Part shown: positions 35,971 through 44,557 of the stretch, piece after piece
How the letters are laid out: each line of letters begins with the position of its first letter
Numbering within the stretch: position 1 is the stretch's first letter
NCBI GenBank assembly: GCA_023248995.1
Contig: JAHFDN010000011.1
Location: forward strand, 2,676-66,675
From: Candidatus Rokuibacteriota bacterium
GTDB lineage: Bacteria; Methylomirabilota; Methylomirabilia; Rokubacteriales; CSP1-6
Reading direction: 5' to 3'
DNA length: 64,000 bases
Translations under genes and position numbers: made by a program
Notes under the pieces: generated by a model
Seen by the model: the letters and a program-made list of their open reading frames with translations, nothing else
Database searches by the model: none
Told to the model about the DNA's origin: nothing

Positions 35971-37918
35971 TCTCTAGAACGGCATCGCGACTCTGCGGCA
36001 GACGCGCGGCGACGCGCCCACAGAACTCCCGCGCCGTCTCCCCGCGCCCGGGGGAGAGCCCGAGCCGCGCCAGGCGTCGGAGCATCATCTCGTAAAGCGG
36101 GAACGACAACCCGCGCCGGGACCGGGACGGCGTCGAGGTCGAGCTCCGGCGCCAGACCAGGATCGCCACCACGAGGACCCCCGCGAGGACGGCGCCCACC
36201 ACCGCCCCGCGCTTGCCCCCCGGAACCGGGAGGGCCTTGTCGAAGACGGCCCGCCGCCAGTAAACCGCGGCCTGCCGCATGGACCCGGATGCCTTGATCT
36301 GATCCCCGAAACTCCAGTTGACGACGTAGCGGTGCCAGCGCATGCGCACGGCGTCGAGGTACTGGAACGCGGCGCTGGACGCCCAGGACGCGTCGAATTC
36401 TCCGCGGGGGGACGGGTCGAGGCTCACCCACCCCCGCTCCGGGAAGTACGCCTCCACCCACGAATGCGCGTCCCGCTGGCGAACCAGGAAGTAACCCCCG
36501 TAGGGATTCCACTCGCCCTGCTGGAACCCGTTGACCACCCGAGCGGGGATCCCGAGGCTCCTGAGCATCACGGCCAGGCCGGCGGCGAAGTACTCGCAGT
36601 TGCCCGACCGACTGGCGAAGAAGAAGTCTTCCAGCGGTTCCAGCCCGGAGGCCCGCTTCAGGTCGAGGCTGTACCGAAAGGTCGTGTGGAGATAATCGCG
36701 GAGGCGGAGAGCGGCGGTCCACTGATCGGGGCTTTTCCGCGTCAGCTCCCGCGCGAGCTCGTGGATGCGCGGCGAGAGCGGCGGGAGCTGCAGGTGGCGC
36801 TCGCGCTCCTCCTCCGGCAGGGCGCGCGCCGGCCCCGGCCAGGGCACCTCGAGCTCGGACAGAACCCGGTAGTGGAGCCGCGCCTGCGGGACCGGCGAGC
36901 TGACGGCCCCCAGAGAGTCCACGAACACGGGGCCGGCCGAGAGGGTGATCGCGAGCACCCGGGGAGCCGCAAAGAGCACCTCGGTCCCGATGGGTTCCAG
37001 GTCGATTTCCTGGATGATCACGGGCCCGACCCCACGCCCCCGCGCCACGGTCGTGGACCTGTCGAACATCCGCGGAATCACCCGGCGCTCCGGCCGGCTC
37101 ATGCTCCACTCCCGGCCGTTGAAGCGATCGAAGGCGACCCCGCGCCAGCGGAGGGTGCCGAACCCCTGGGGCACCGCCGGCCCCTCGGGAAACTCCACCC
37201 GCATCACGATGGTGGCGTCGGTCTGAATGGTCCCGAAGGAGCCGAGCTCCACCCGGTCGGAGAAGCCGGAGACCATTGCCCCCAGCTGGCCCTTGGACGG
37301 CAGGACCGCCTGGCCCAGGCGGGGCATGACGAAAAAGAAGAGCGCCGTGAACAGAAACGAGGCGAACGAGGCGGCGACGGACAGTCCCAGGAGCGAGAGC
37401 GTCACCACCTGCCGGCACTCGAGGAGCGCTTGAGCCGGATCCGGAGCGTTGCGCTCCGACTCGGAGAGCACGTGGTGGAGCAGGAACGCCCACGTCCCGA
37501 GCACGAGGAAGAGCACGAGGATCAGGAGGAAACCGAGGCTCACGGTGAGCGTGGAGGCGCCGACCAGCATGAAAAAGGAGAGCAGGAGGAGGTCCCGGGA
37601 GTCGCGGAGTGTGCGCCAGGTGTAGAGCTTGTAGAAGAACAAAAAGAGCAGGAGGTGCATAAACCCGTCCAGGAGCGAATCCGCCAGGTAGAGGAGGTCC
37701 AGAGCGAAGAAACCCAGGGCGGCGAGCGCGAGCAACTGCTGGTGCCGGACGACCGCCGCGACCCGCGCGCGCACGGCCTCCTGCCACCAGCTCCCCGCCA
37801 CAACGACAACGACCACGGCCCACCACGCCGGCTCGATCAGCCTCGCCAGCGCCAGCGCGGCGAGACCATCCACCACCATGAGGTACGTGCAGATTTGAAG
37901 CGCCAGCCGAGCCGACAC
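35837..37918 (-). CDS. transglutaminase-domain membrane protein
   Basis: Proposed GTG start at 37918, 2 nt after the DUF58 stop. Multiple N-terminal TM helices. TGase core GNCEYFAAGLAVMLRSLGIPARVVNGF...DAHSWVEAYF...GWVSLDPS (Cys-His-Asp). Confidence 0.75.
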   Translation of the reverse strand: MSARLALQICTYLMVVDGLAALALARLIEPAWWAVVVVVVAGSWWQEAVRARVAAVVRHQQLLALAALGFFALDLLYLADSLLDGFMHLLLFLFFYKLYTWRTLRDSRDLLLLSFFMLVGASTLTVSLGFLLILVLFLVLGTWAFLLHHVLSESERNAPDPAQALLECRQVVTLSLLGLSVAASFASFLFTALFFFVMPRLGQAVLPSKGQLGAMVSGFSDRVELGSFGTIQTDATIVMRVEFPEGPAVPQGFGTLRWRGVAFDRFNGREWSMSRPERRVIPRMFDRSTTVARGRGVGPVIIQEIDLEPIGTEVLFAAPRVLAITLSAGPVFVDSLGAVSSPVPQARLHYRVLSELEVPWPGPARALPEEERERHLQLPPLSPRIHELARELTRKSPDQWTAALRLRDYLHTTFRYSLDLKRASGLEPLEDFFFASRSGNCEYFAAGLAVMLRSLGIPARVVNGFQQGEWNPYGGYFLVRQRDAHSWVEAYFPERGWVSLDPSPRGEFDASWASSAAFQYLDAVRMRWHRYVVNWSFGDQIKASGSMRQAAVYWRRAVFDKALPVPGGKRGAVVGAVLAGVLVVAILVWRRSSTSTPSRSRRGLSFPLYEMMLRRLARLGLSPGRGETAREFCGRVAARLPQSRDAVLEITCAYEEVRFGGVALGGEQLARLGQLAERLTVAPAPASSAGPRG

Positions 37919-37920
37919 GG

Positions 37921-38976
37921 CTACAGCTCCCGCCGGGCCCCCGGCGGCCGGGGGGCGGAGGCCCGCGCACCGAGAGGAATGCGGATCTCCGAGAGCGAAG
38001 CATCTCGGCCGAAGCCGCGGCGGGCGCCCGCCGGAGCGAGAGGGTCCCAGAGCGCCAGCGCCTCCAACATGCGGCGACGGTGGGCCGGGCCCTCGCCGAG
38101 GGGCACGAAGAGCCCGGGTCCGACGAGCTCGACACGCGATCCCTGACCGAGCAGGTGCGAGGTCAGGGAGGCTGCCAGCGAGATGTCCGCCTCCAGTCGC
38201 TCGAGATCGGCGGCGGGCGGTGGGCCCTCGAGGACGACACGCATCTTGAGGGCCGCCTCGGCCTCCGGCTCGCGCACCATGACCGCCCCCGATTTGGCGG
38301 TGCTCTTCCAATGAATCAGCCGCGGATCGTCCCCCCACCGGTACTCCCTCAGGTTGTAGAGGTCCGTTCCCGGGCCGGGCCGCGCCACGCGCTCGGCCCC
38401 CGAGCCCCCGAGATTCCGGAGATCCGCGAGGGAGAACGGACGGACCGCCGGGAAGACCAAGAGTTCATCCACGAGGATCGGCGCGGTGGCCTTCACGAAC
38501 AGCCCGAAGGGGAACCCCGTCATCAGGCGCAGGGGGCGGCGCCGGTGGCGACCGCGGCGGGGGAACGTTTCTTCCCAGGAGTGAAGACGCTCTTGGCCGG
38601 GCTCGAGCTTGGACACGTAGAAAGCGCGGGGGGCAGCGACATTGTCACTCGGCACCTCGAGCGTCAGGGAATAGGACGGCAGAAGGCGCTTGGCGTTGAG
38701 CAGCACGCACCCGACGGCCGCCGGCGACCCGGCGAAGATCTCCAGGGGGGTGGCGGGGAAGAGCTTGACCCGGCGGATGGTCTGCTCGGACAGGATGCCC
38801 GAGACCACGATCGTGCCGAGGAGCATGGACAGGAGGAGATAGAGCAGGTTATTGCCGGTATTGACCGCGGCGAACCCCATCCCGAGGGTGGTCAGGAGGA
38901 ACCACCACCCTTCGCGCGTGGGGCGGATCGTGCGAGACGGCCAGAGCGCCCGCCACCACCGAGCCAACCGGCGCAT
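37921..38976 (-). CDS. DUF58 domain protein
   Basis: 351 aa. Two N-terminal TM helices (GFAAVNTGNNLLYLLLSMLLG) and LREYRWGDDPRLIHWKSTAK. Confidence 0.8.
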   Translation of the reverse strand: MRRLARWWRALWPSRTIRPTREGWWFLLTTLGMGFAAVNTGNNLLYLLLSMLLGTIVVSGILSEQTIRRVKLFPATPLEIFAGSPAAVGCVLLNAKRLLPSYSLTLEVPSDNVAAPRAFYVSKLEPGQERLHSWEETFPRRGRHRRRPLRLMTGFPFGLFVKATAPILVDELLVFPAVRPFSLADLRNLGGSGAERVARPGPGTDLYNLREYRWGDDPRLIHWKSTAKSGAVMVREPEAEAALKMRVVLEGPPPAADLERLEADISLAASLTSHLLGQGSRVELVGPGLFVPLGEGPAHRRRMLEALALWDPLAPAGARRGFGRDASLSEIRIPLGARASAPRPPGARREL

Positions 38977-38994
38977 GCGCGTCCTGGAGCCGCC

Positions 38995-39939
38995 CTAGCG
39001 GGGGACCGGGACTTCCTGAAGCAGGGCGCCGATGATCCCCTCCGCCTCGAGCTCGTCCCCGGCGGGGCGCTCCAGTCGCGCCCTGACGATCACGCGGTGG
39101 GCCCACGTCGGCACCGCCACCCGCTTGATGTCGTCCGGGACCACGTACGCCCGCCCATCGGCCATCGCGCGCGCCTGGGCGACCCGGAGCAGGGCGAGCG
39201 AGCCGCGCGGACTCACCCCGAGCCCCAGGAGCGGCGAGCGGCGCGTGGCCTCCACGAGCGCCATGACGTAATCCAAGAGGGATTCATCCACGCGCACCTT
39301 GTCGTTCGCCGCCTGGAGCTCCAGCACCTCCTCGGCCGAGAGCACGGGCTCGATCTGCTCGAGCGAGGTCACGGCCGCCCCCTTCAGGATCTCCTTCTCG
39401 TCGTCCCTTCCCGGATAGCCGATCCGGATCCTGAGCAGGAACCGGTCGAGCTGCGACTCGGGGAGCGGATACGTCCCCTGGTACTCCAGCGGATTCTGCG
39501 TGGCCAGGACCATGAAGGGGCGCGGCAGGGGGTAGGTGTGATGGTCCAGCGAGACCTGCCCCTCGTTCATCGCTTCGAGCAGACTCGACTGGGTCTTCGG
39601 CGTCGAGCGGTTGATCTCGTCGGCGAGCACGATGTTGCTGAAGAGGGGGCCCGGCTTGAAGGCGAACTCTCCGGTCTTGCCGTCGTAGATGGACACGCCG
39701 AGGATGTCCGAGGGAAGCAGGTCGGAGGTGAATTGGATCCGCTGGAAGGTCGCGCCCAGGGACCTGGCCAGCGCATGGGCCAGCGTGGTCTTCCCGACGC
39801 CGGGAACGTCCTCGATCAGGAGGTGCCCCCGAGCCAGGAGGCCGATCACCGCCAACCGCACGACTTCCGGCTTGCCCACGAGGGCGCGGGCGATGTTGAG
39901 TTCCAGCCGGTGGATCAGACCGAGCGCTGTCGAGAGCAT
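38995..39939 (-). CDS. MoxR-family AAA+ ATPase
   Basis: 314 aa. GHLLIEDVPGVGKT, VLADEINR, ATQNPLEYQGTYPLPESQLDRF. Confidence 0.9.
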   Translation of the reverse strand: MLSTALGLIHRLELNIARALVGKPEVVRLAVIGLLARGHLLIEDVPGVGKTTLAHALARSLGATFQRIQFTSDLLPSDILGVSIYDGKTGEFAFKPGPLFSNIVLADEINRSTPKTQSSLLEAMNEGQVSLDHHTYPLPRPFMVLATQNPLEYQGTYPLPESQLDRFLLRIRIGYPGRDDEKEILKGAAVTSLEQIEPVLSAEEVLELQAANDKVRVDESLLDYVMALVEATRRSPLLGLGVSPRGSLALLRVAQARAMADGRAYVVPDDIKRVAVPTWAHRVIVRARLERPAGDELEAEGIIGALLQEVPVPR

Positions 39940-40206
39940 CAGGTGGCACCTCGTCGCATTCTACGTCCCCTCCACGGGACCGGCAAGGCCGGGTCGGCCA
40001 GCACGCGCACTCCTTGGGTGCCTCAGGCAAAGGTCTCCCTCCGGCAACCCTCCTGGCATGCAAACGCGAAACCAACGCCAGCCCCGGCAGGGTCCCCCCG
40101 CCTATTTGCACGGAAAATAAGATGAAGCCCGCGGCCAGGGGCGAGGACGGAGGAGTGCCCGGCGTAGCGCCCGTGACGCTTTGCTACAACGCTGTGCCGG
40201 GATGTA

Positions 40207-41391
40207 TTAGCTGGACTCCCGGGGGGAGTGACCGGGGGACAGGCCCGCGCGGCGGGCGAGCCGGGCCAGACGGTGAGCGAGCGCTGCCCGGGCCATCCCA
40301 GAGGCACCTTCGGCCTGAGCCCGCGCCAGCGCCCGGGCCGCCACCCGGTGCGCTGCCGCAAAGTCCCGGCCCCGGTGCTCGTAGTACTTGGCCAACTCCT
40401 CCCACGGGCGGACATCGAAGCCGGCTCCGTCGCCGATCGCCGCCTCCCAGAGCGCACAGGCTTCCGGCCACTCGGCCTGGCGCTTGGCGCGGCGGGCGAG
40501 CCGCAGCAGGAGCCGCTCCCGGTGAGGAGGGCGGAGCCCTCTCGCCAGAGCCTCCCGGTAGTACGTCGCACCGCGCGCCTCGTCCGCCCCCTCCCAGAGC
40601 CGGCCGAGCCCGACGTACTCCTCGGGAGCCAGCCGGAGTCGGTCGGGATCGGCGAGGGCGCGCGCCACCCAGCCCGTCAGCGTCACGAGCGAGAGCACGT
40701 CGAGCCGGTTGTGCTCAAAGACCGGCCCGAGCGCCTCGGGACGGCGACTCCTGAGGTACTGGAAATAGAGGGTGGGAATCAACGCACCCGGCACATCGTC
40801 AACGCGGTCGAGCCCCAGCACGCGGGCCTCGACGGTCGGGAGGCGACAGTCGGGGAGCCACCCCGCCCAGAGGCGACGGGCGGAGATGAGCAGATCCAGT
40901 TGGCAGAGGTGGTCGGGCCAGGGGCGGCGGGCGAGCACGAAACGGGTTTCCAGGAGCGGAAGATCGAATCCCCTGCCGTTGTACGTCACCACGCCGTCGA
41001 AGTCGGCCAGGAGCGCGTGGAGCGCGCAGAGGAGTGCCGGCTCCTCATCCAGGTCCCGCATGAAGTGCTGCACCAGCACGAACCGGTCCGCTTCGAAGAA
41101 CCCGACGCCGACCAAGAACGCGTAGGTGCCGGTGCCGCCCGCCAGGCCCGTCGTCTCGGTGTCGAGGTAGAGGAGGCGACGCGGCGCCTCCCCCGACCCG
41201 CGGCTCAGGAGACGCAGAACCTCGGGCGATGCCTCCAGCGCCGCCTCCAGAGCGAGCTCGCCGTGGCGGTGGTGGAGGCGATACGCTCGGCGCGCCACCA
41301 GGAGGGGACCGTGCGCCGTCTCCTCCTCCCGGCCGCCGACCAGGTCCTCCAGGAGCGAGCGCCGTGGGCGAACCGCGACGGAGGAGGCCAT
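40207..41391 (-). CDS. RNase H-like (DEDDh) exonuclease with a TPR-like C-terminal region, YprB/MrfB-like
   Basis: 394 aa. LLYLDTETTGLAG...VTYNGRGFDLPLL matches the YprB-type exonuclease pattern. The ATG directly abuts the stop of the upstream helicase. Confidence 0.7.
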   Translation of the reverse strand: MASSVAVRPRRSLLEDLVGGREEETAHGPLLVARRAYRLHHRHGELALEAALEASPEVLRLLSRGSGEAPRRLLYLDTETTGLAGGTGTYAFLVGVGFFEADRFVLVQHFMRDLDEEPALLCALHALLADFDGVVTYNGRGFDLPLLETRFVLARRPWPDHLCQLDLLISARRLWAGWLPDCRLPTVEARVLGLDRVDDVPGALIPTLYFQYLRSRRPEALGPVFEHNRLDVLSLVTLTGWVARALADPDRLRLAPEEYVGLGRLWEGADEARGATYYREALARGLRPPHRERLLLRLARRAKRQAEWPEACALWEAAIGDGAGFDVRPWEELAKYYEHRGRDFAAAHRVAARALARAQAEGASGMARAALAHRLARLARRAGLSPGHSPRESS

Positions 41392-43749
41392 CTAGCGGGT
41401 GAGGTGACGGAGGAGCGCCGTCGCGATGGCCTTGGCGCGGCGCCCGATCTCGTTAACGGGGCCGACGCAGGAGGGGCAGCCCCAGCGGCACGGACACGCC
41501 TCCAGCGTCCCGAGACCTCTCAGGAGCAGCTCGGGCAGCACCCGGAAGAGCCCCTCCGCCAGCCCGAGGCCGCCCGGGGCGCTGTCGTAGAGGTAGATCG
41601 TCGGGGTGAAGTGGTCGGCCTCCACGAGGCGGGCGCGCGCCGACCGGCCGGTCAGGGCGGTGCCCTGACCGGCCGGCGTCTGGTCGCCGAGCCAGGAGCC
41701 CAGGTCCCGGACGTCGCAGAGGAGGAAGATCGGCGCGAGGCGGTGGAGGAGGTACGTGAGGGCGCGCAGCCCGTCCACGAGCTCGTCGCGATTCGCCGAC
41801 ACGCGGGCCAGAAGCCCGGGATCAACGGCGAGCCACGCGCTCTCCGTCTGCATCTCCTGCTGGGGGAGCTCGACCTCCCCCGACCCCACGTTCTCCAGGG
41901 TGCCGAACTTGATCTTCTTGAAGCCGACCACCTTCTCGGCCACGAGCACCAGGCCGTGCTCCGCCACGAGACCCGGGGAGGCCTGGTCGGCCAGGCGCCG
42001 GAGGATCCAGACGCCCTTGGCGCTGATCGCGTCCGTGAAGTAATCCACCTGGACGCGCCTGACGTAGGCCACCTTCTCCTCGTCCTCGCGGTAGCGAAGC
42101 TCCTGGACCTCGAAGGCCTCCCCTTCCACCAGGTAGATCGCCTTCGGGTAGATCATGGCAAAGGCGCTCTTCCAGTCCACCTCCGCGATGATCTGCCGCC
42201 GCCGGACCTGGCTCGAGTCCCGCGCGGTTGTGTCCAGCACGACGAAGTTGTCGGACGTCACCGTGCGGAGCGAGATGTGGTCGGCGGGGTATGTCTCGGA
42301 GGTCCAGTGCCAACGGCCCCCGGCGTGGTGGAGGAGGCCCGCCGCCTCGAGCGCCGCCAACTGCGGCTCCACGTCGAGGCCCCCGAACGCCTCGCCGTCG
42401 GCAAAGGGCAGCTCGAAGGCCGCGCACTTCAGGTGGTTCACCAGGATGAAGGGATTTTCGGGGTTGATCAACGCGCGCTCCGGCGGCGTGCCGAAGAGGT
42501 AGTCGGGATGCGTGGCCATGAACTGGTCCAGCGGGGCGCTGGTGGCCACGAAGATCGCCGCCGACTGGCCGCTCCGGCGGCCGGCGCGCCCCGCCTGCTG
42601 CCAGAGCGAGGCGATCGTCCCGGGGTAGCCGGCCAACACGGCCGCGTCGAGGTGGCCGATGTCGATCCCCAGCTCGAGCGCGTTGGTGGAGACCACCCCG
42701 AGGACGTCGCCCGAGCGGAGGCCCCGTTCGACCTCGCGACGCCGGTTGGGGAGGTAGCCGCCCCGGTATCCCCGCACGATGCCCGCGTCGCCCACGCGGT
42801 CCTCCACGGCCTTCTTGATCGTCGAGAGGAGCACCTCAGTGGCCAGCCGGCTCTGCGCGAAGACGATCGTGGCGATCTTTTCCTTCAAGAAGCGCGTGGC
42901 GAAACGCGCTGCCTCCCCGAGGTACGGGGCGCGGATCCCGAGCTCGGGGTTGACCACCGGCGGGTTGTAGCAGAGGAAGAGCTTGTCACCCGTGGGCGCC
43001 CCGCTCTGGGCGATCTCCTCCACGCTGTCCCCCGTGAGGCGCTCGGCCAGCTCCTTGGGGTTGGCGATCGTGGCGGAAGCCATGATGAACTGTGGCGAGG
43101 AGCCGTAATGCCGGCAGATCCGCCGAAGCCGTCGGAGGACGTTGGCCAGGTGGCTTCCGAACACCCCGCGGTAGGCGTGCAGCTCGTCAATGACGACGTA
43201 GCGGAGATTCTGGAAGAGGTTGGCCCACTTGGTGTGGTGCGGGAGGATCCCGGAGTGGAGCATGTCCGGGTTGGTGAGGACCAGGTTGGCCCGGGCCCGG
43301 ACCGCGCGTCGCGCGTCCTGGGGCGTGTCGCCGTCGTAGGTGAACATGCGCAGGTCTGGCAGCGCCCGCGCGAGCTCTGTGAGCTCGGCGAGCTGGTCCT
43401 GGGCCAGCGCCTTCGTCGGAAAGAGGTAAAGAACGCGGGCGTCAGAATGCTGCAGAAGACTCTGGAGCGTGGGGAGATTGAAGCAGAGTGTCTTCCCCGA
43501 CGCCGCCGGGGTGACCACGACCAGGTGATGCCCCTTCTCCGCCAGCTCGAAGGCCCGCTGCTGGTGGAAGTAGAGCTGCTCGATCCCGCGCCCCTTGAGC
43601 GCGTCAATGAGCCGCGGGTCGAGCGACGAAGGAAATGGCGCCCAGCGGGGTGGCTTCGCGGGGAAGTGGCGGCTGGCGGTGATGCAAGATCCTGTCTCGA
43701 GGGACGTCAGGAACTCGTCGAGGAGTTCCGGCAGGGATTTGGGTGCCAC
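41392..43749 (-). CDS. DEAD/DEAH-box helicase with a C-terminal DUF1998 four-Cys domain, YprA/MrfA-like
   Basis: Proposed GTG start at 43749, with GGAGG 5 nt upstream and downstream of a promoter. TPAASGKT, DELH, and the C-terminal CPCRWGCPSCVGP. The remaining N-terminal part of track ORF 41392..44445 is shadow over VanZ. Confidence 0.8.
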   Translation of the reverse strand: MAPKSLPELLDEFLTSLETGSCITASRHFPAKPPRWAPFPSSLDPRLIDALKGRGIEQLYFHQQRAFELAEKGHHLVVVTPAASGKTLCFNLPTLQSLLQHSDARVLYLFPTKALAQDQLAELTELARALPDLRMFTYDGDTPQDARRAVRARANLVLTNPDMLHSGILPHHTKWANLFQNLRYVVIDELHAYRGVFGSHLANVLRRLRRICRHYGSSPQFIMASATIANPKELAERLTGDSVEEIAQSGAPTGDKLFLCYNPPVVNPELGIRAPYLGEAARFATRFLKEKIATIVFAQSRLATEVLLSTIKKAVEDRVGDAGIVRGYRGGYLPNRRREVERGLRSGDVLGVVSTNALELGIDIGHLDAAVLAGYPGTIASLWQQAGRAGRRSGQSAAIFVATSAPLDQFMATHPDYLFGTPPERALINPENPFILVNHLKCAAFELPFADGEAFGGLDVEPQLAALEAAGLLHHAGGRWHWTSETYPADHISLRTVTSDNFVVLDTTARDSSQVRRRQIIAEVDWKSAFAMIYPKAIYLVEGEAFEVQELRYREDEEKVAYVRRVQVDYFTDAISAKGVWILRRLADQASPGLVAEHGLVLVAEKVVGFKKIKFGTLENVGSGEVELPQQEMQTESAWLAVDPGLLARVSANRDELVDGLRALTYLLHRLAPIFLLCDVRDLGSWLGDQTPAGQGTALTGRSARARLVEADHFTPTIYLYDSAPGGLGLAEGLFRVLPELLLRGLGTLEACPCRWGCPSCVGPVNEIGRRAKAIATALLRHLTR

Positions 43750-43772
43750 CCAACCCTCCGAAGGTTTTTCCC

Positions 43773-43802
43773 ATCTTAGGTGCGCCCCGCGCCGATTGTC
43801 AA
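43773..43802 (-). promoter_or_regulatory. candidate sigma-70 promoter of the helicase-exonuclease pair
   Basis: The minus strand reads TTGACA-N18-TAAGAT, about 25 nt upstream of the proposed GTG. Confidence 0.45.
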
Positions 43803-43830
43803 CCTTCCCCATTCGGTGTATCTGTAGAAA

Positions 43831-44439
43831 ATGCGCATCGGGCCCTGGATCCCGCCCGTGGCCTGGATGGGGGTCATCTTCTGGCTCTCCACCGGCACGT
43901 TCAGCGCCGAGCACACCCTCGGCTGGACGTTCCCGATCCTGAGGGCGCTCTTCCCGTGGGCGACCCAGAGCCAGCTCGCGTTCCTCCACTGGCTGGGGCG
44001 CAAGACCGCCCACGTCACCGAGTACGCGATCCTGGCGTGGCTCTGGCACCGCGCCTTGTCGAAGTCGGCGCCGCGCGACCTGGCGCCGGGGGCCCGCGCG
44101 TGGGCCGCTTTGGGGCTCACCGTGGCGTACGCGATCCTGGACGAGCTCCATCAGGGGTGGACAGGCGAGCGCGGGGCGAGCCCCGCCGACGTGGCGCTCG
44201 ACGCCGTCGGAGGCGGCGTGGCGCTGACGCTCCGGGTGTGGGGGCTCGACCGGGGCGTGGAGCGCCTCACCGCCGCGCTTCTCTGGTTTGCCGCCGTCGG
44301 CGGATCGCTGCTGCTGCTCCTGAATCTCGTGGCCGGAGCGGCCGCCGCGTGGCTCTGGGCGAGCGTGCCCCTGGCGTGGCTCGCCCTCTGGCGATGGCGA
44401 CACCGGCGCTGCGTTGACGGGGCAGGCGACCGGCAGTAA
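43831..44439 (+). CDS. VanZ-like family membrane protein
   Basis: 202 aa. KTAHVTEYAILAWLW and DELHQ...RGASPADVALDAVGG resemble the VanZ pattern. Confidence 0.7.
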   Translation: MRIGPWIPPVAWMGVIFWLSTGTFSAEHTLGWTFPILRALFPWATQSQLAFLHWLGRKTAHVTEYAILAWLWHRALSKSAPRDLAPGARAWAALGLTVAYAILDELHQGWTGERGASPADVALDAVGGGVALTLRVWGLDRGVERLTAALLWFAAVGGSLLLLLNLVAGAAAAWLWASVPLAWLALWRWRHRRCVDGAGDRQ

Positions 44440-44459
44440 CATCACCGGACGCCCCCGGC

Positions 44460-44540
44460 ATGGTTATCTTCGCCGCCGTCGTCCTGGCCCTCGTCGTGGC
44501 GCTCGTGGCATACTATTTCTACCGGGCGTTCACCCGCTGA
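44460..44540 (+). CDS. candidate 26-aa hydrophobic micro-protein (MVIFAAVVLALVVALVAYYFYRAFTR)
   Basis: ATG-to-TGA ORF encoding one predicted TM helix, lying between the VanZ and Nramp-like genes. No obvious SD. Confidence 0.25.
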   Translation: MVIFAAVVLALVVALVAYYFYRAFTR

Positions 44541-44557
44541 GCACCCCACGCGGCGCA

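Noticed and set aside
35673-38135. 820-aa minus-strand ORF in an alternative frame over the transglutaminase gene
   Set aside because: The neighbouring frame (35837..37918) contains the TM helices and the Cys-His-Asp transglutaminase core. This frame is Arg/Pro/Gly/Ala low complexity.
40066-40081. Possible sigma-54 promoter upstream of moxR (minus strand TGGCGTTGGTTTCGC)
   Set aside because: The -12 element is TCGC rather than TTGC and the -24 region deviates as well. The match is much weaker than the two sites at 5270..5285 and 6231..6246.
40228-43779. 1183-aa plus-strand ORF, the longest in the track
   Set aside because: It is entirely antisense to the helicase-exonuclease pair, whose products carry clear catalytic motifs. 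The translation is Arg/Gly/Pro/Glu-rich low complexity.
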